In this document: piece after piece, positions 35,221 through 44,877 of the stretch
How positions within the stretch are numbered: position 1 is the first letter of the stretch
Layout: the number at the start of each line of letters is the position of its first letter
Source: a virus
Strand: one strand, 5' to 3'
Length of the DNA stretch: 64,000 nucleotides
Virus record (IMG/VR): IMGVR_UViG_3300022745_000020
Coordinates: 32,001-96,000 of that record
Position numbers and translations under genes: made by a program
Notes under the pieces: model-generated
Told to the model about the DNA's origin: nothing
Seen by the model: the letters and a program-made list of their open reading frames with translations, nothing else
The model's database searches: none

Positions 35221-38154
35221 ATGCAAAATGATTTTCCGTCCAGGAACGGAGCGCCTATTAACTTCACCACTGGCTTGATGATCAAGGGAGTGAACATCTC
35301 CGGTGATGAGGGGGCTAAGGTAATGGCCCTCAAAGTTAAAGCCTCGGATACCTCTGCCACCTCCGTATATGACTGGATCCGGTCGATGGACACGACCGTG
35401 GCCTCCATCTTACAAAACGGTGTAGCCTCTACCGGCTCCGTCACTGTCAGTCAGATCAGCGATGCCTCCTCACTCGGGGTGAGTCTGCTCAAAGCCACCT
35501 CCACCACACAAGCTCAGACTCTGCTGGGAGTGGGTGCAGCGACTTCTTTTACCATCAGTCAAATCTCTGATGCGTCCACCATCGGTAAAGCCCTGATGAG
35601 TAGCGCATCAGCTACTGCAGCTCGTGGCTATATCGGCCTAGGTACGGCAGCGACTCAAAACACCACAGCATTCGCTACGGCCATCCAGGGCACCAAAGCC
35701 GATACCGCTCTACAGCCTGGAGTACTGCCAGCAGGCACGACCATAGTCACCAGTCAGATCAGTGACGCCAGCGCGTTCACTAAAGACTTCCTGACTGCCA
35801 CCAGTGCAGCCACAGCTCAGACTAAACTGGGCTTGGGCAGCGCCGCCATTCAAGCATCGACTGCTTTTGCTACATCTACTCAAGGTGGCAAAGCCGATAC
35901 CGCCTTACAGCCTGGAGTGCTGCCAGCAGGCACGACCATAGTCACCAGTCAGATCAGTGACAGCTCCTCATTGGGGCGCAGTCTGCTGACGGTGAATACA
36001 CAGGCCGATCTGAAGACCCTGGTGGGGGTAGCTGCCAACACCAATGTCACCATTTCTCAGATTAGTGATGCCGGAGCTACCGGTGCTGCCATCTTAGCTG
36101 CAGGATCCACCACAGCAGCTCAAGCTGCAATCGGTCTACCTAACGCATCGACTGCATTACAACCCGGTGCATTGCCACTGAATACGACAGTCACCATCAA
36201 TCAGATCAGTGATGCTAATGCGTGGTCTCGTACGTTTCTAACAGCATCTAATACTGCAACTGCATGGGCACAGTTGGGGCTCGGTAGCGCAGCGGGTACC
36301 GCAGCCAGTGCGTTCGCTACTGCTGCTCAGGGCTCATTGGCTAGCACTGCTTTGCAGCCCGGTGCATTGCCAGCGGGCACCACCATCGCATCGACTCAAA
36401 TCTCTAATGCCTCTGCCCTGGGCAGGCAAGTCCTCACAGCAGCCACCGCTGCACTGGCCCAATCCTATCTGGGTCTGGGCACAGCTGCGACTCAAAACTC
36501 TACCGCATTCGCTACAGCTGCTCAGGGTGCACTGGCTGACACCTCCTTGCAGCCATCTTCTATCGGTGTCACCGTAGCGGGTCTGTCAGGTGGTAAGCTC
36601 AGTAGCTCAGTCATCCCAGATATCGCCATCGTTCAATATCTGGGATCAGTAGCCAGCCAGACCGCCATGCTGGCACTGACTGGTCAGCAAGGTGACTGGT
36701 GTATCCGCAGTGACTTAGGCACCACCTGGGTGATCACGGGTGCTACGCCCACGGTGATCGGCAGCTGGACTCAGCTGTCCTATCCTACTGCCCCAGTGAC
36801 CTCTGTAGCCGGTAAGACAGGCGCTGTCACACTGGCAGCTGCTGATATCAGTGATGCCTCCACCATCGGTAAAGGTGTGTTGACGGCTACGACTGCAGCC
36901 ATCGCTCAGACTGCTCTGGGTCTGGGCAGTGCTGCCGGATATGCAGCCAGTGCATTCGCTACAGCTGCACAAGGTACACTGGCTGGGACTGCATTGCAGC
37001 CCGGTGCATTGCCACTATCGACTACAGTCACCATCAATCAGATCAGTGATGCTAATGCGTGGTCTCGTACGTTTCTGACTGCCAATAGTGCATCTTCGGG
37101 ACGTACTCAATTGGGCCTGGGTACTGCAGCGGTATCGGCCACTACCGATTTTGCTACTGCGCTGCAGGGCTCTAAAGCCAACACGGCATTGCAGCCCGGT
37201 ACGAACCTCACTCAGACAGTGGTGTCAGCGACTTCTCTGGCAGGCTCCCAACTCATCACTGCAGCCGATACCGCCTCTATGCGCAGTGTACTGGGTCTAG
37301 GTACTGCGGCCTTGAACAATGTTGGAGATTTCGCCACAGCCGCTCAGGGCACCAAAGCCAACACGGCTCTGCAGCCCAGTCAGGCAGGTGGTATCATGGA
37401 CCAATATCTGGTCAATGGCGTGACGCTCACAGGAGCTGCGCTGATGACATCGACCTCAGTGGCTGTAGCCAGAGCCAACCTGGCTCTAGGTCCCGGTTAC
37501 TCCTCCGATGTCATTGCGTATCAGGGTACCTGGGCTGGCCGCCCCGGCACCAACATACCACTGCCGGGTAACCGCATAGTCATCACTGATGTGGGTGTGA
37601 AGGGAAGGGCCGCCCACAATTACATTCACATGGTGCTCACTTATTCCTCACTCGGTTCCTATTATTACTCCTTGCTTAATGGCAGTGCAGTGATTTATGA
37701 CTATATCGGCTCGCAAGATACCCCCACGACTGGTTATAGCTTCCTCGCAATGAAGATAAACTCAAATTTGACACTAACCGTCCCAGGGGATTTTCTATCA
37801 CCCGTAACAAATACAGTTAGGTATGACCTGGAGTTCACTATCGATCAAAATTCGGTGGATGCCAGTAACCGTTCAATTATTTATATCCGATTTGGCTCTA
37901 CAGGCACCGATAGTGACCGACTCATCGGGACTTATCCCATCTCCGGAAACTCGATAACTACAGTCATCCGAGCCAGCTTTACCCTAGAGGGGTATAACTG
38001 CTGGACATATAACCCTCCTCTATATCAAGTCCTACCCTTTAGTAATTACAATATAGCCTTTGGCACCAGCAACTACTTCACGGTCTGGGTCGCTGGAGGT
38101 GCATCTGGTGAAAGTAGTATGATGCGTCAGCAGCGCGTCGTTGCCAGTTTCTAA
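35221..38154 (+). CDS. Long tail fibre with tandem ~65-aa repeats
   Basis: Repeated 'QISDA...LGLG.AA...FATA.QG..A.TALQPG' units; N-terminal anchor shared with 14751; unique C-terminal tip. Confidence 0.8.
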   Translation: MQNDFPSRNGAPINFTTGLMIKGVNISGDEGAKVMALKVKASDTSATSVYDWIRSMDTTVASILQNGVASTGSVTVSQISDASSLGVSLLKATSTTQAQTLLGVGAATSFTISQISDASTIGKALMSSASATAARGYIGLGTAATQNTTAFATAIQGTKADTALQPGVLPAGTTIVTSQISDASAFTKDFLTATSAATAQTKLGLGSAAIQASTAFATSTQGGKADTALQPGVLPAGTTIVTSQISDSSSLGRSLLTVNTQADLKTLVGVAANTNVTISQISDAGATGAAILAAGSTTAAQAAIGLPNASTALQPGALPLNTTVTINQISDANAWSRTFLTASNTATAWAQLGLGSAAGTAASAFATAAQGSLASTALQPGALPAGTTIASTQISNASALGRQVLTAATAALAQSYLGLGTAATQNSTAFATAAQGALADTSLQPSSIGVTVAGLSGGKLSSSVIPDIAIVQYLGSVASQTAMLALTGQQGDWCIRSDLGTTWVITGATPTVIGSWTQLSYPTAPVTSVAGKTGAVTLAAADISDASTIGKGVLTATTAAIAQTALGLGSAAGYAASAFATAAQGTLAGTALQPGALPLSTTVTINQISDANAWSRTFLTANSASSGRTQLGLGTAAVSATTDFATALQGSKANTALQPGTNLTQTVVSATSLAGSQLITAADTASMRSVLGLGTAALNNVGDFATAAQGTKANTALQPSQAGGIMDQYLVNGVTLTGAALMTSTSVAVARANLALGPGYSSDVIAYQGTWAGRPGTNIPLPGNRIVITDVGVKGRAAHNYIHMVLTYSSLGSYYYSLLNGSAVIYDYIGSQDTPTTGYSFLAMKINSNLTLTVPGDFLSPVTNTVRYDLEFTIDQNSVDASNRSIIYIRFGSTGTDSDRLIGTYPISGNSITTVIRASFTLEGYNCWTYNPPLYQVLPFSNYNIAFGTSNYFTVWVAGGASGESSMMRQQRVVASF

Positions 38155-38171
38155 TACAGACATCATAATCA

Positions 38172-38211
38172 CTCATGTAGGGTGAGGGGGTACCCCCTCA
38201 CCCTACATGAG
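38172..38211. terminator. Perfect 40-bp palindrome between convergent genes
   Basis: ctcatgtagggtgagggggt|accccctcaccctacatgag. Confidence 0.75.
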
Positions 38212-38214
38212 ACT

Positions 38215-39810
38215 TTATGTCACATTCACCGCCACACAAGTGGGCCGATTGCCGCGCGGGTTAGCCTGCGCCACAGTCTCGATCAGTGCATTGTTTTGAA
38301 TGACTGCGTTGGTGATATCGCCCACATGGGAAAAGTTCACACAGATCTGCCTTTGCACATCCCCTACAGATACAGCGGCCAGGCGCATACTCATCACCAC
38401 CTCAGTACCCACAGGAATGTTAAGCAAGATGGCTGAGCGATTATCCACTTGTCCATATCCCTTAACATTATAGTCCGCTCGTGCGTCGAGTAGATACTTT
38501 CTGATATCTTCAGCCACACTGGCCTTATTCTGAGTCGATACAATTGTATCGGTTGCAGAGGGGTAGACCCGATAGCTCAATACACTCACAGTCGGGTCGA
38601 TGCGGGTATTGTTGATATTGATATCACTGTACCAAGCATTGACCGAGCCGAGTGTGCCGTCATCGCGGATAAACTGAAATGGCTGCACCTTCACAGTCAT
38701 ACTCTTACAGTACACCCCTGTCAAATTAGCTAAGCGGGTATCGAGTACATTCAAACTCAGTACCAGTTTTAAATACCCAGTGCCCTCTTCTTTATAAGCT
38801 TGTAATTTGACTTTGAATGCCGCATTGCTATAATAGTCCGATGAGACATTACCCACCTTCATATACGTCTGCCCTGTATTACTTAAGACATAATAATCAT
38901 CATCGAGCATCACGGTTTGAAACATACCGCCGTATTGGATGGGGGTGGTGGCTGCTTGAGGCAGCTGATTGGTCAGCACAGGAGACGCAGCATTTCCATA
39001 GGTGATCGGATAGGTCCCCAGATAGTAGCTCAGCTCACTATGGGCCAGAGCACTGCGATCTTCCACGGACTGTACACGTTTTAACAACTCCCTGAGTGTG
39101 GCACTCAATTGAGTCAACTCCTGCTGCCTCAATGTGACATCACCCTGTACAGCATCGGCTGCGTTTTTAGCCGCCTGAGCCGTGAGCATAGCGCTATAGC
39201 TCAAGTCTCGACTGCCCGAGCTGATCATATTCGTCAGCTCGACCATGCGCTCATCGATGTATCTCAGAATCGCATCACTCTGGATCTGATCGCCTCCCAA
39301 GATGGCCTGCCTGATCATCTCCATAGCACTGATCACGTACTCGAAGCCTGTGACATCGCCCAGGCTATGCAAGTGCATGGTCGGATCGAACGTCTGAGGC
39401 TTACCCACGACGTTAGGCCAGCCCAGAGGGCGAGTATCAGCGAGTAAGTTATTCACCAGCGCTTGGATACCCGTATAGTCCTGGACATACTCACCGCCGA
39501 TGGTCTGATAATCGACTAAGATGTCATTGCTCACCGCGGTGTTAAGCACCACGACTGAGCGATAGACATCTCTGCCGCTATTGACCGTGGCTGTCTGGGC
39601 CAGATCTTGACACTGGTATTCGATGTCCTTGACCAAGACGCGTTGAGTGTGTGCATCTCTGACTACAATCGAGTCATAGAAGTAAGGTGCGTACTTCGGC
39701 GCAAAGCTGCGGTAGGTGCGAGATCCACTCAGCGATACTGCTTCTGCAGAGATTTGGTTATAGGGGCTTTGCCCAGATAGATCCAGATCGAAAGTTAACG
39801 TATTGGGCAT
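38215..39810 (-). CDS. Virion structural / fibre-anchoring protein (phiKZ gp145/146/164-like family)
   Basis: 'DLDLSGQSPYNQI..E...APKYAPYF', 'YQTIGGEY' and 'W.NV.GKP..F.P..HLH.LGD..GFEY' motifs, plus a coiled coil. Confidence 0.65.
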   Translation of the reverse strand: MPNTLTFDLDLSGQSPYNQISAEAVSLSGSRTYRSFAPKYAPYFYDSIVVRDAHTQRVLVKDIEYQCQDLAQTATVNSGRDVYRSVVVLNTAVSNDILVDYQTIGGEYVQDYTGIQALVNNLLADTRPLGWPNVVGKPQTFDPTMHLHSLGDVTGFEYVISAMEMIRQAILGGDQIQSDAILRYIDERMVELTNMISSGSRDLSYSAMLTAQAAKNAADAVQGDVTLRQQELTQLSATLRELLKRVQSVEDRSALAHSELSYYLGTYPITYGNAASPVLTNQLPQAATTPIQYGGMFQTVMLDDDYYVLSNTGQTYMKVGNVSSDYYSNAAFKVKLQAYKEEGTGYLKLVLSLNVLDTRLANLTGVYCKSMTVKVQPFQFIRDDGTLGSVNAWYSDININNTRIDPTVSVLSYRVYPSATDTIVSTQNKASVAEDIRKYLLDARADYNVKGYGQVDNRSAILLNIPVGTEVVMSMRLAAVSVGDVQRQICVNFSHVGDITNAVIQNNALIETVAQANPRGNRPTCVAVNVT

Positions 39811-39852
39811 GTTGGTTCCTGTTTGCGTGTGAGAGAATGGTAAGTCGTCTAC

Positions 39853-41901
39853 TCAATCACCCAGATAGCGAGTCAGTGTGATGCTATCGAGTGCGAAAGC
39901 ATTAGGGCTCTGAGCGATATTGAGATTGTACAACTCCAAAGTTGTGGCTTCTGTGGGGCTGCTCACATCAAAGACGATGTCTTCACTGCGGGTATACAGC
40001 CCGCTCAGTGGCAGTGTGTGCTCAGTGGGCACTCCATTGATCTTGAGTTGCAGATGAGGGGGTTTTTCCTGGTTGTACAGCACACTGAGCTTGAGCTTAT
40101 ATTTTCCACCAGGCACCAGTCTGACACTGCTCCTCCAGAATGCTTTACTGACATCACTGCTGGTGTTTACTGCCAAGAATCGGTTGTTATCGGCCATCAC
40201 CCTCAAGATGTAGCTGAAGTTAGGCAACAAATAAAAATCATTGTCATTGGCCAGCGTCTGCGTACCCAAAGCGATCTTGTAGATCACAGCGATCTCACCG
40301 GGATTGGCAGCCCCTAGGGACTGCGTGTAGTCACTTGTAAATCCACTCATCCCGCTACAGAAGTTACCATTGGCCAGATGGTTAAACTCCAAGCCGTACT
40401 TGTATTTATAATACAGGCCCAGCGCATCCAACTCGCTGCGAGATAAGTTGTGGTCAAAGACCAAAAACTCCTGCAGGTATCCTACGCTACCAGCCCCACC
40501 GATCTTGGTCATCAGTGACGCTCCCCCACTGACATTGACCTCTCTTAAGTAAGTGCTTCTGGTGGGGTAGTGCTCACTGGGCTGACTCGAGTATTTCAAA
40601 CACTGAGCCAATCTGGGGTGGATAGAGCTCGCGCATAGATGAGAGTCCTCATCATCGTAGATCATCCCAGTGACCTGATACGATCCCCCATAGGAGCTCG
40701 TATAGCCCAACTGAATCAGGTTTTCATTGTCCACATACAGCCGATCTGTACCTGAAACATTACTCAGTAAGGTAAAGACCTCAGCAGTAGTTGGAGCACT
40801 CTGACAGTATACTGCCACCACAGTGTGACTCGCACCGATGGAGATTTCGGGACCTGACGATAGATTGAGCCCAGCGGGTTGTTTGGATAAGTCACATCCC
40901 CGGGTATTGGCCAGTCTATTGACAGTGACCAGTGAACCACCCACTCCGGTGAACTTGCGCGATGTATTGGCCTTGTCAATGACGGTGAGCACATTGCCCG
41001 TCTGAGTGACTTTGACCATGTCGTTAAAATCTACCCAAGCGCTCAAGCCTGCGATGTACTTAGGGATATCCATCAGTGTACCATCTTGCCTCAACTGTGA
41101 GATAAACATCGCAGCCATAGCCAAGGCACTGATATCCCCATTGCTGTTTCTCACCTGGGTGTCAATGAGTCCATCCACAGTATCCACACTCTGAGTCAGT
41201 GACTGGATCGATTGGTGTATCCACTCTAGCGTAGAGTCCTCAGCGATGAGGTTTTTCTCAGCCAGATCCGATAGAAAGTACACTGTATCGGATTTATCCT
41301 GGGGATGGCTCTCCAGCACCCCATACAAAGGCACAGTGCTGTTAGGTAGATACTCGGAGATGATCTCCATGTGTAGAAAAGATTGCGCCGTCTGCACAGC
41401 ATCCCTGATGCGGTTCAATCCTGCAGTGAGGTACTCCAGCCCATATAGGTCACGGATGTCTTGCTTATGCCCTTTAGGGGGGAGTTCTTGGGGATGATCG
41501 ATCACAGACCAAGAGGTGTGTTGCCCCTGGACGATGCTCGCTACGTTGCTATTTAGAGCAGCGTAGTCGATGTTACTCTCACCGCCCAGAGCTTGATAGT
41601 TTAACTCCACACTACCTTGTAGATCAGCAGTGACGATCATCAATGCGTGATGGATCTCATGGCCGCATTTAAGTGTGACTTTTGTATCCATCTCCAGAGC
41701 GAACCAGTCCACCCCACGAGTCAAAGTGGTGCGGGTGTTGTTGTACACATGCACGATCATCATGGAGTCGGTGTGGTACGCCCCTAGGTTGGGCATATAC
41801 ATGCGAATCGCAGCAGGGTATAGTGCATGGACTTCTCCAGAGACACGACTACCCGCGTCTCGTCCAGTCAAGTCCAGTGGTTTGATCAGCTGTACAGTCA
41901 T
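39853..41901 (-). CDS. Virion structural protein with anchor domain, LamG/ConA-like domain and CBM-like domain
   Basis: 'PLDLTG...V.GE.H', 'YQALGG' and 'H..DIRDLYGLEY'; then 'GYLQEFLVFDHNLS..E...LGLYY..KYG' (LamG-type); then 'NHLANGNF..G..GFTSDY...FALDSI'. Confidence 0.62.
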   Translation of the reverse strand: MTVQLIKPLDLTGRDAGSRVSGEVHALYPAAIRMYMPNLGAYHTDSMMIVHVYNNTRTTLTRGVDWFALEMDTKVTLKCGHEIHHALMIVTADLQGSVELNYQALGGESNIDYAALNSNVASIVQGQHTSWSVIDHPQELPPKGHKQDIRDLYGLEYLTAGLNRIRDAVQTAQSFLHMEIISEYLPNSTVPLYGVLESHPQDKSDTVYFLSDLAEKNLIAEDSTLEWIHQSIQSLTQSVDTVDGLIDTQVRNSNGDISALAMAAMFISQLRQDGTLMDIPKYIAGLSAWVDFNDMVKVTQTGNVLTVIDKANTSRKFTGVGGSLVTVNRLANTRGCDLSKQPAGLNLSSGPEISIGASHTVVAVYCQSAPTTAEVFTLLSNVSGTDRLYVDNENLIQLGYTSSYGGSYQVTGMIYDDEDSHLCASSIHPRLAQCLKYSSQPSEHYPTRSTYLREVNVSGGASLMTKIGGAGSVGYLQEFLVFDHNLSRSELDALGLYYKYKYGLEFNHLANGNFCSGMSGFTSDYTQSLGAANPGEIAVIYKIALGTQTLANDNDFYLLPNFSYILRVMADNNRFLAVNTSSDVSKAFWRSSVRLVPGGKYKLKLSVLYNQEKPPHLQLKINGVPTEHTLPLSGLYTRSEDIVFDVSSPTEATTLELYNLNIAQSPNAFALDSITLTRYLGD

Positions 41902-41958
41902 AGTGGGTGTATCTTTCTTTAAGTTTGGTGTGGCGCATGTGCAGTCTCAGTCATATAA

Positions 41959-42001
41959 ACCGCTGTGTAGTAAGGGTGATGCCACCCTTACTACACACGG
42001 T
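41959..42001. terminator. Stem-loop, 15-bp core stem
   Basis: tgtgtagtaagggtg-atgc-cacccttactacaca. Confidence 0.65.
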
Positions 42002-42014
42002 GGTGAGATTGCGC

Positions 42015-42626
42015 TTAGAGCTTACTGGTGATATAGGCTTGTAGCTCAGAGATGGTCTGGGCTTGATTGGTGCACAGCAGCTGCAACTCATTGAGCCTGA
42101 CGAGATTGTTCTTGGGCTGCGCAGCGACCGTAGAGCGATGTGTGCTCAAAGCACGATGCTGATCTACGGTGAGTGTGATGTCTGCACCATAGCTCACTTC
42201 CTGTATGGTGCACTCGATGCCTAATCGAGATACTATCAGATCTGAGATATCTTGCTTCAGTGCTTGTAAATCGATGTCAGCCGGTAGTGCGTTGAGCACT
42301 ACGCTGAGAGCGCGCATCAAGTAGACGACCCCACCTGGATCGGGCAATCCCCTCACATAGCTGGAGGGGACTTTGACGACTTGCCCTGCATAGGACTGCA
42401 AAGCGATGATGCGCACATCACTGCTGTAATCGATCTCATAGATCTCTTTAGACACGCCATAGGGCTTGTAGTACAGCTCGTAGGGGTCCTCCCCACTGGC
42501 GACCAATCCGCGCAGCGTAGACACCTGTAGGCACTCGTAGATCACCCCAGCCAATATCACCGTGTCATACGGGGGCAGTGCCTCAAAGGTACCCCTCATG
42601 CCAGCTTCAGCAAACAAGTTACTCAT
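42015..42626 (-). CDS. Conserved jumbo-phage protein (phiKZ gp161-like)
   Basis: 203 aa; 'DPYELYYKPYG' and 'VPSSYV..LPD' motifs; C-terminal coiled coil; synteny. Confidence 0.55.
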   Translation of the reverse strand: MSNLFAEAGMRGTFEALPPYDTVILAGVIYECLQVSTLRGLVASGEDPYELYYKPYGVSKEIYEIDYSSDVRIIALQSYAGQVVKVPSSYVRGLPDPGGVVYLMRALSVVLNALPADIDLQALKQDISDLIVSRLGIECTIQEVSYGADITLTVDQHRALSTHRSTVAAQPKNNLVRLNELQLLCTNQAQTISELQAYITSKL

Positions 42627-42640
42627 GATTCACCCGTGTC

Positions 42641-43951
42641 TTAGCTCTGTGGTACAGAGGCCTTACTGGCTACGAGGTAGACCACATCCTCATAGGTCAA
42701 AGTGAGATAGAGTACACCGTCTCTCACACTCTTCTTATACGTATTAGGTATGTCGGTGGTGGAGGTCATGTCTTGGGCGATGGTCAACATCGCACTCAAG
42801 TGCCTCAGTAGCGTCTGAGTGCTCACACTCATGCGACCGAAGTCAGTACTCATACTGCCTACGGACAAGATATCTGAATGAAAATCCGTCATCAGGTACT
42901 TACTGGATCGGTTTTGAGCATTGCCGATACAAGCGAGCAAGATGTTGTAAAACGGATGAGGCAGTGTCTGAGCGTATGCATCGATGTGGGATGATGGATA
43001 GCCCTTGATGACTTTCTTCAAATAGGCGAGCATACTCGATACTGTGCAAGCTTGGCTGTAGATGCCAGGCGTGATCGTGCGAGGGGCTACCGCATAATTG
43101 TACCATAGAGGCACGATCATGAACTCAGTGACACTGAAGATATCGGGGAAGATCGCTTTCCAAGTCGACAGTGCACTGGTGCTGTTAGAGGATAGATACC
43201 CCACCACAGCGGCTCGGATCAAATCCTCGCTGTTGCCAGCTGGGCCATAGACCAGCACTGTCCAGTATGTGCGAGTGGAGATGGTGGGATTGGCCTTATT
43301 GACCAAGCTGTACATCTGAGAGACCATGAGCGACTCTGGATAGTCACCTCGCGCTGCCTGGATCTGAGCGTATGTCTGAGAGGGATTGACCTGACTCAGT
43401 GCAGTCACTGCACCCGTGTAGTCTGTCTGTAGCGTATCGATGTTTGCCACAGGTGGCACCACCACGAGCTCATACTCGTCGTACTCTTGAATGAACGCTG
43501 TGTTATTGAACCACAGCTTGACTGAGTTGGTCTCCGTGGTATAGCTCGAACACGTAAACGAGATGGAAGTCGGATAGGTATGTCCCGTCACACTCACTGA
43601 CATAGTGGGCACGATGATGTCAGTGATCTGAGAGGAGTATTGAGCAGTCAGTGCCAGTTTAAACTCGTTAACTGACTCAGCTGCACCCAAAGCACCTTGC
43701 CTCTGATGCACCCAAGCAGCCACAGACTTGACCACATCGACCACAGCCCCCGGTGGGGGGATGCGAGCATCGGCCACAGTCGAGCGTGAGCTAAAGCACA
43801 GCACACTCGCAGACGATCCAGCTGTGCTGTAGGTCTTGATCTCACGGGAGAAGGTATGTCCATAGGGACTAAGTTCCCCCACATCGGCCGTGACACCGTC
43901 GGTGTTACTGACCAATGTGGGGATGTCGACAAAGCCTTTAAACGTATACAT
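42641..43951 (-). CDS. Virion structural protein (phiKZ gp157-like)
   Basis: 436 aa; 'MYTFKGF...SN..G..A.VGELS', 'QEYDEYELVVVPP' and 'IFPDIF..TEF.IVP.W' motifs. Confidence 0.65.
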   Translation of the reverse strand: MYTFKGFVDIPTLVSNTDGVTADVGELSPYGHTFSREIKTYSTAGSSASVLCFSSRSTVADARIPPPGAVVDVVKSVAAWVHQRQGALGAAESVNEFKLALTAQYSSQITDIIVPTMSVSVTGHTYPTSISFTCSSYTTETNSVKLWFNNTAFIQEYDEYELVVVPPVANIDTLQTDYTGAVTALSQVNPSQTYAQIQAARGDYPESLMVSQMYSLVNKANPTISTRTYWTVLVYGPAGNSEDLIRAAVVGYLSSNSTSALSTWKAIFPDIFSVTEFMIVPLWYNYAVAPRTITPGIYSQACTVSSMLAYLKKVIKGYPSSHIDAYAQTLPHPFYNILLACIGNAQNRSSKYLMTDFHSDILSVGSMSTDFGRMSVSTQTLLRHLSAMLTIAQDMTSTTDIPNTYKKSVRDGVLYLTLTYEDVVYLVASKASVPQS

Positions 43952-44061
43952 GTGTAGTCCTATCTATCGAAAATACCGTTAGATTATTGATGAGAAATCC
44001 AGTGATCACTCATCTCAACCGATGGGTCTACAATGCAACTATTAGTAAAGAGCTGGGAAAT

Positions 44062-44469
44062 ATGCTAGAAATTTTATTAAAAACCATCGTATCGCTGTTG
44101 CCATTTGTCAAGGAGTGGTTATTCGGGGGTCCTAAAAAGAGCAGTCGAGTCGATATTGAATCTAAACTACTGACGCTCAAAAAGATTCTGATCTTGGTAG
44201 TCTGCGCCTCACTGGTGAGCGTGGTCTACTTGGTAGAAAGACTGTGGACCATCACCAGAAAGTACGAGCAAGTGCTCACCAAGGATAAGGTCGACAAAGC
44301 CACTGCTGCTAAACCCAGTTCATCATCACCTGCGGTCACCACGACCATGGACGATAGAGTGGTGGCTACGTGTACGACCACACCACCGACTCCAGCTACC
44401 TCCACCACACGCAGACAGCGACTGGATGATTACTCCTCCGTCGTCAAAGAACTCAAGGATTCGCAATAA
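44062..44469 (+). CDS. Membrane protein, candidate i-spanin or holin
   Basis: Amphipathic N-terminal helix, one TM (ILILVVCASLVSVVYLV) and a T/P/S-rich linker; TAATG coupling to a lipoprotein gene. Confidence 0.5.
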   Translation: MLEILLKTIVSLLPFVKEWLFGGPKKSSRVDIESKLLTLKKILILVVCASLVSVVYLVERLWTITRKYEQVLTKDKVDKATAAKPSSSSPAVTTTMDDRVVATCTTTPPTPATSTTRRQRLDDYSSVVKELKDSQ

Positions 44470-44801
44470 TGTTCACGTATATCCGACAGATGGTCATCTT
44501 GAGCAGCGCTTGCCTAATTGTCTTGCCTCTATTGGGCAGCTGCGCTGTGCGCATCCACATCCAGACTCCTGCTGCAGATGACTCAGTCAAGCTCCTCAAG
44601 CACTGTGAACTCACCAAGTGGCCCTCACCTATAGAGTTACCTAAGCTCGATATCCCCGCCTATGAGGCCATGGTGCGTGTCAACCCAGTAGCAGCCACCT
44701 CTATGCTCACCGCCCATATCAAAGAGCTTAGAAACTTAATTAAGGATCACGCTCGCTCTATGGAAGACCTCAGACAAGAGTATGAGAGTGTATGCAGATA
44801 A
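44469..44801 (+). CDS. Lipoprotein, candidate o-spanin
   Basis: Signal peptide ending in the lipobox LLGS-C, then a Pro-rich region and a helical region. Confidence 0.55.
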   Translation: MFTYIRQMVILSSACLIVLPLLGSCAVRIHIQTPAADDSVKLLKHCELTKWPSPIELPKLDIPAYEAMVRVNPVAATSMLTAHIKELRNLIKDHARSMEDLRQEYESVCR

Positions 44802-44877
44802 TAAAAACTGAGTATGGGCATAGAGTGTAGAAAACGACTCGCCCATCCTCCATACCAACTCTCCCCCCTACCCCATC

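Noticed and set aside
18527-38154. Diversity-generating retroelement acting on the fibre tips
   Set aside because: No reverse transcriptase in the window. All repeat copies are coding, and the mismatches I checked between repeat pairs are not adenine-specific.
14751-38154. Invertase or shufflon-type tail-fibre switching
   Set aside because: All cassettes are in the same orientation, and no serine/tyrosine recombinase or inverted crossover sites were seen.
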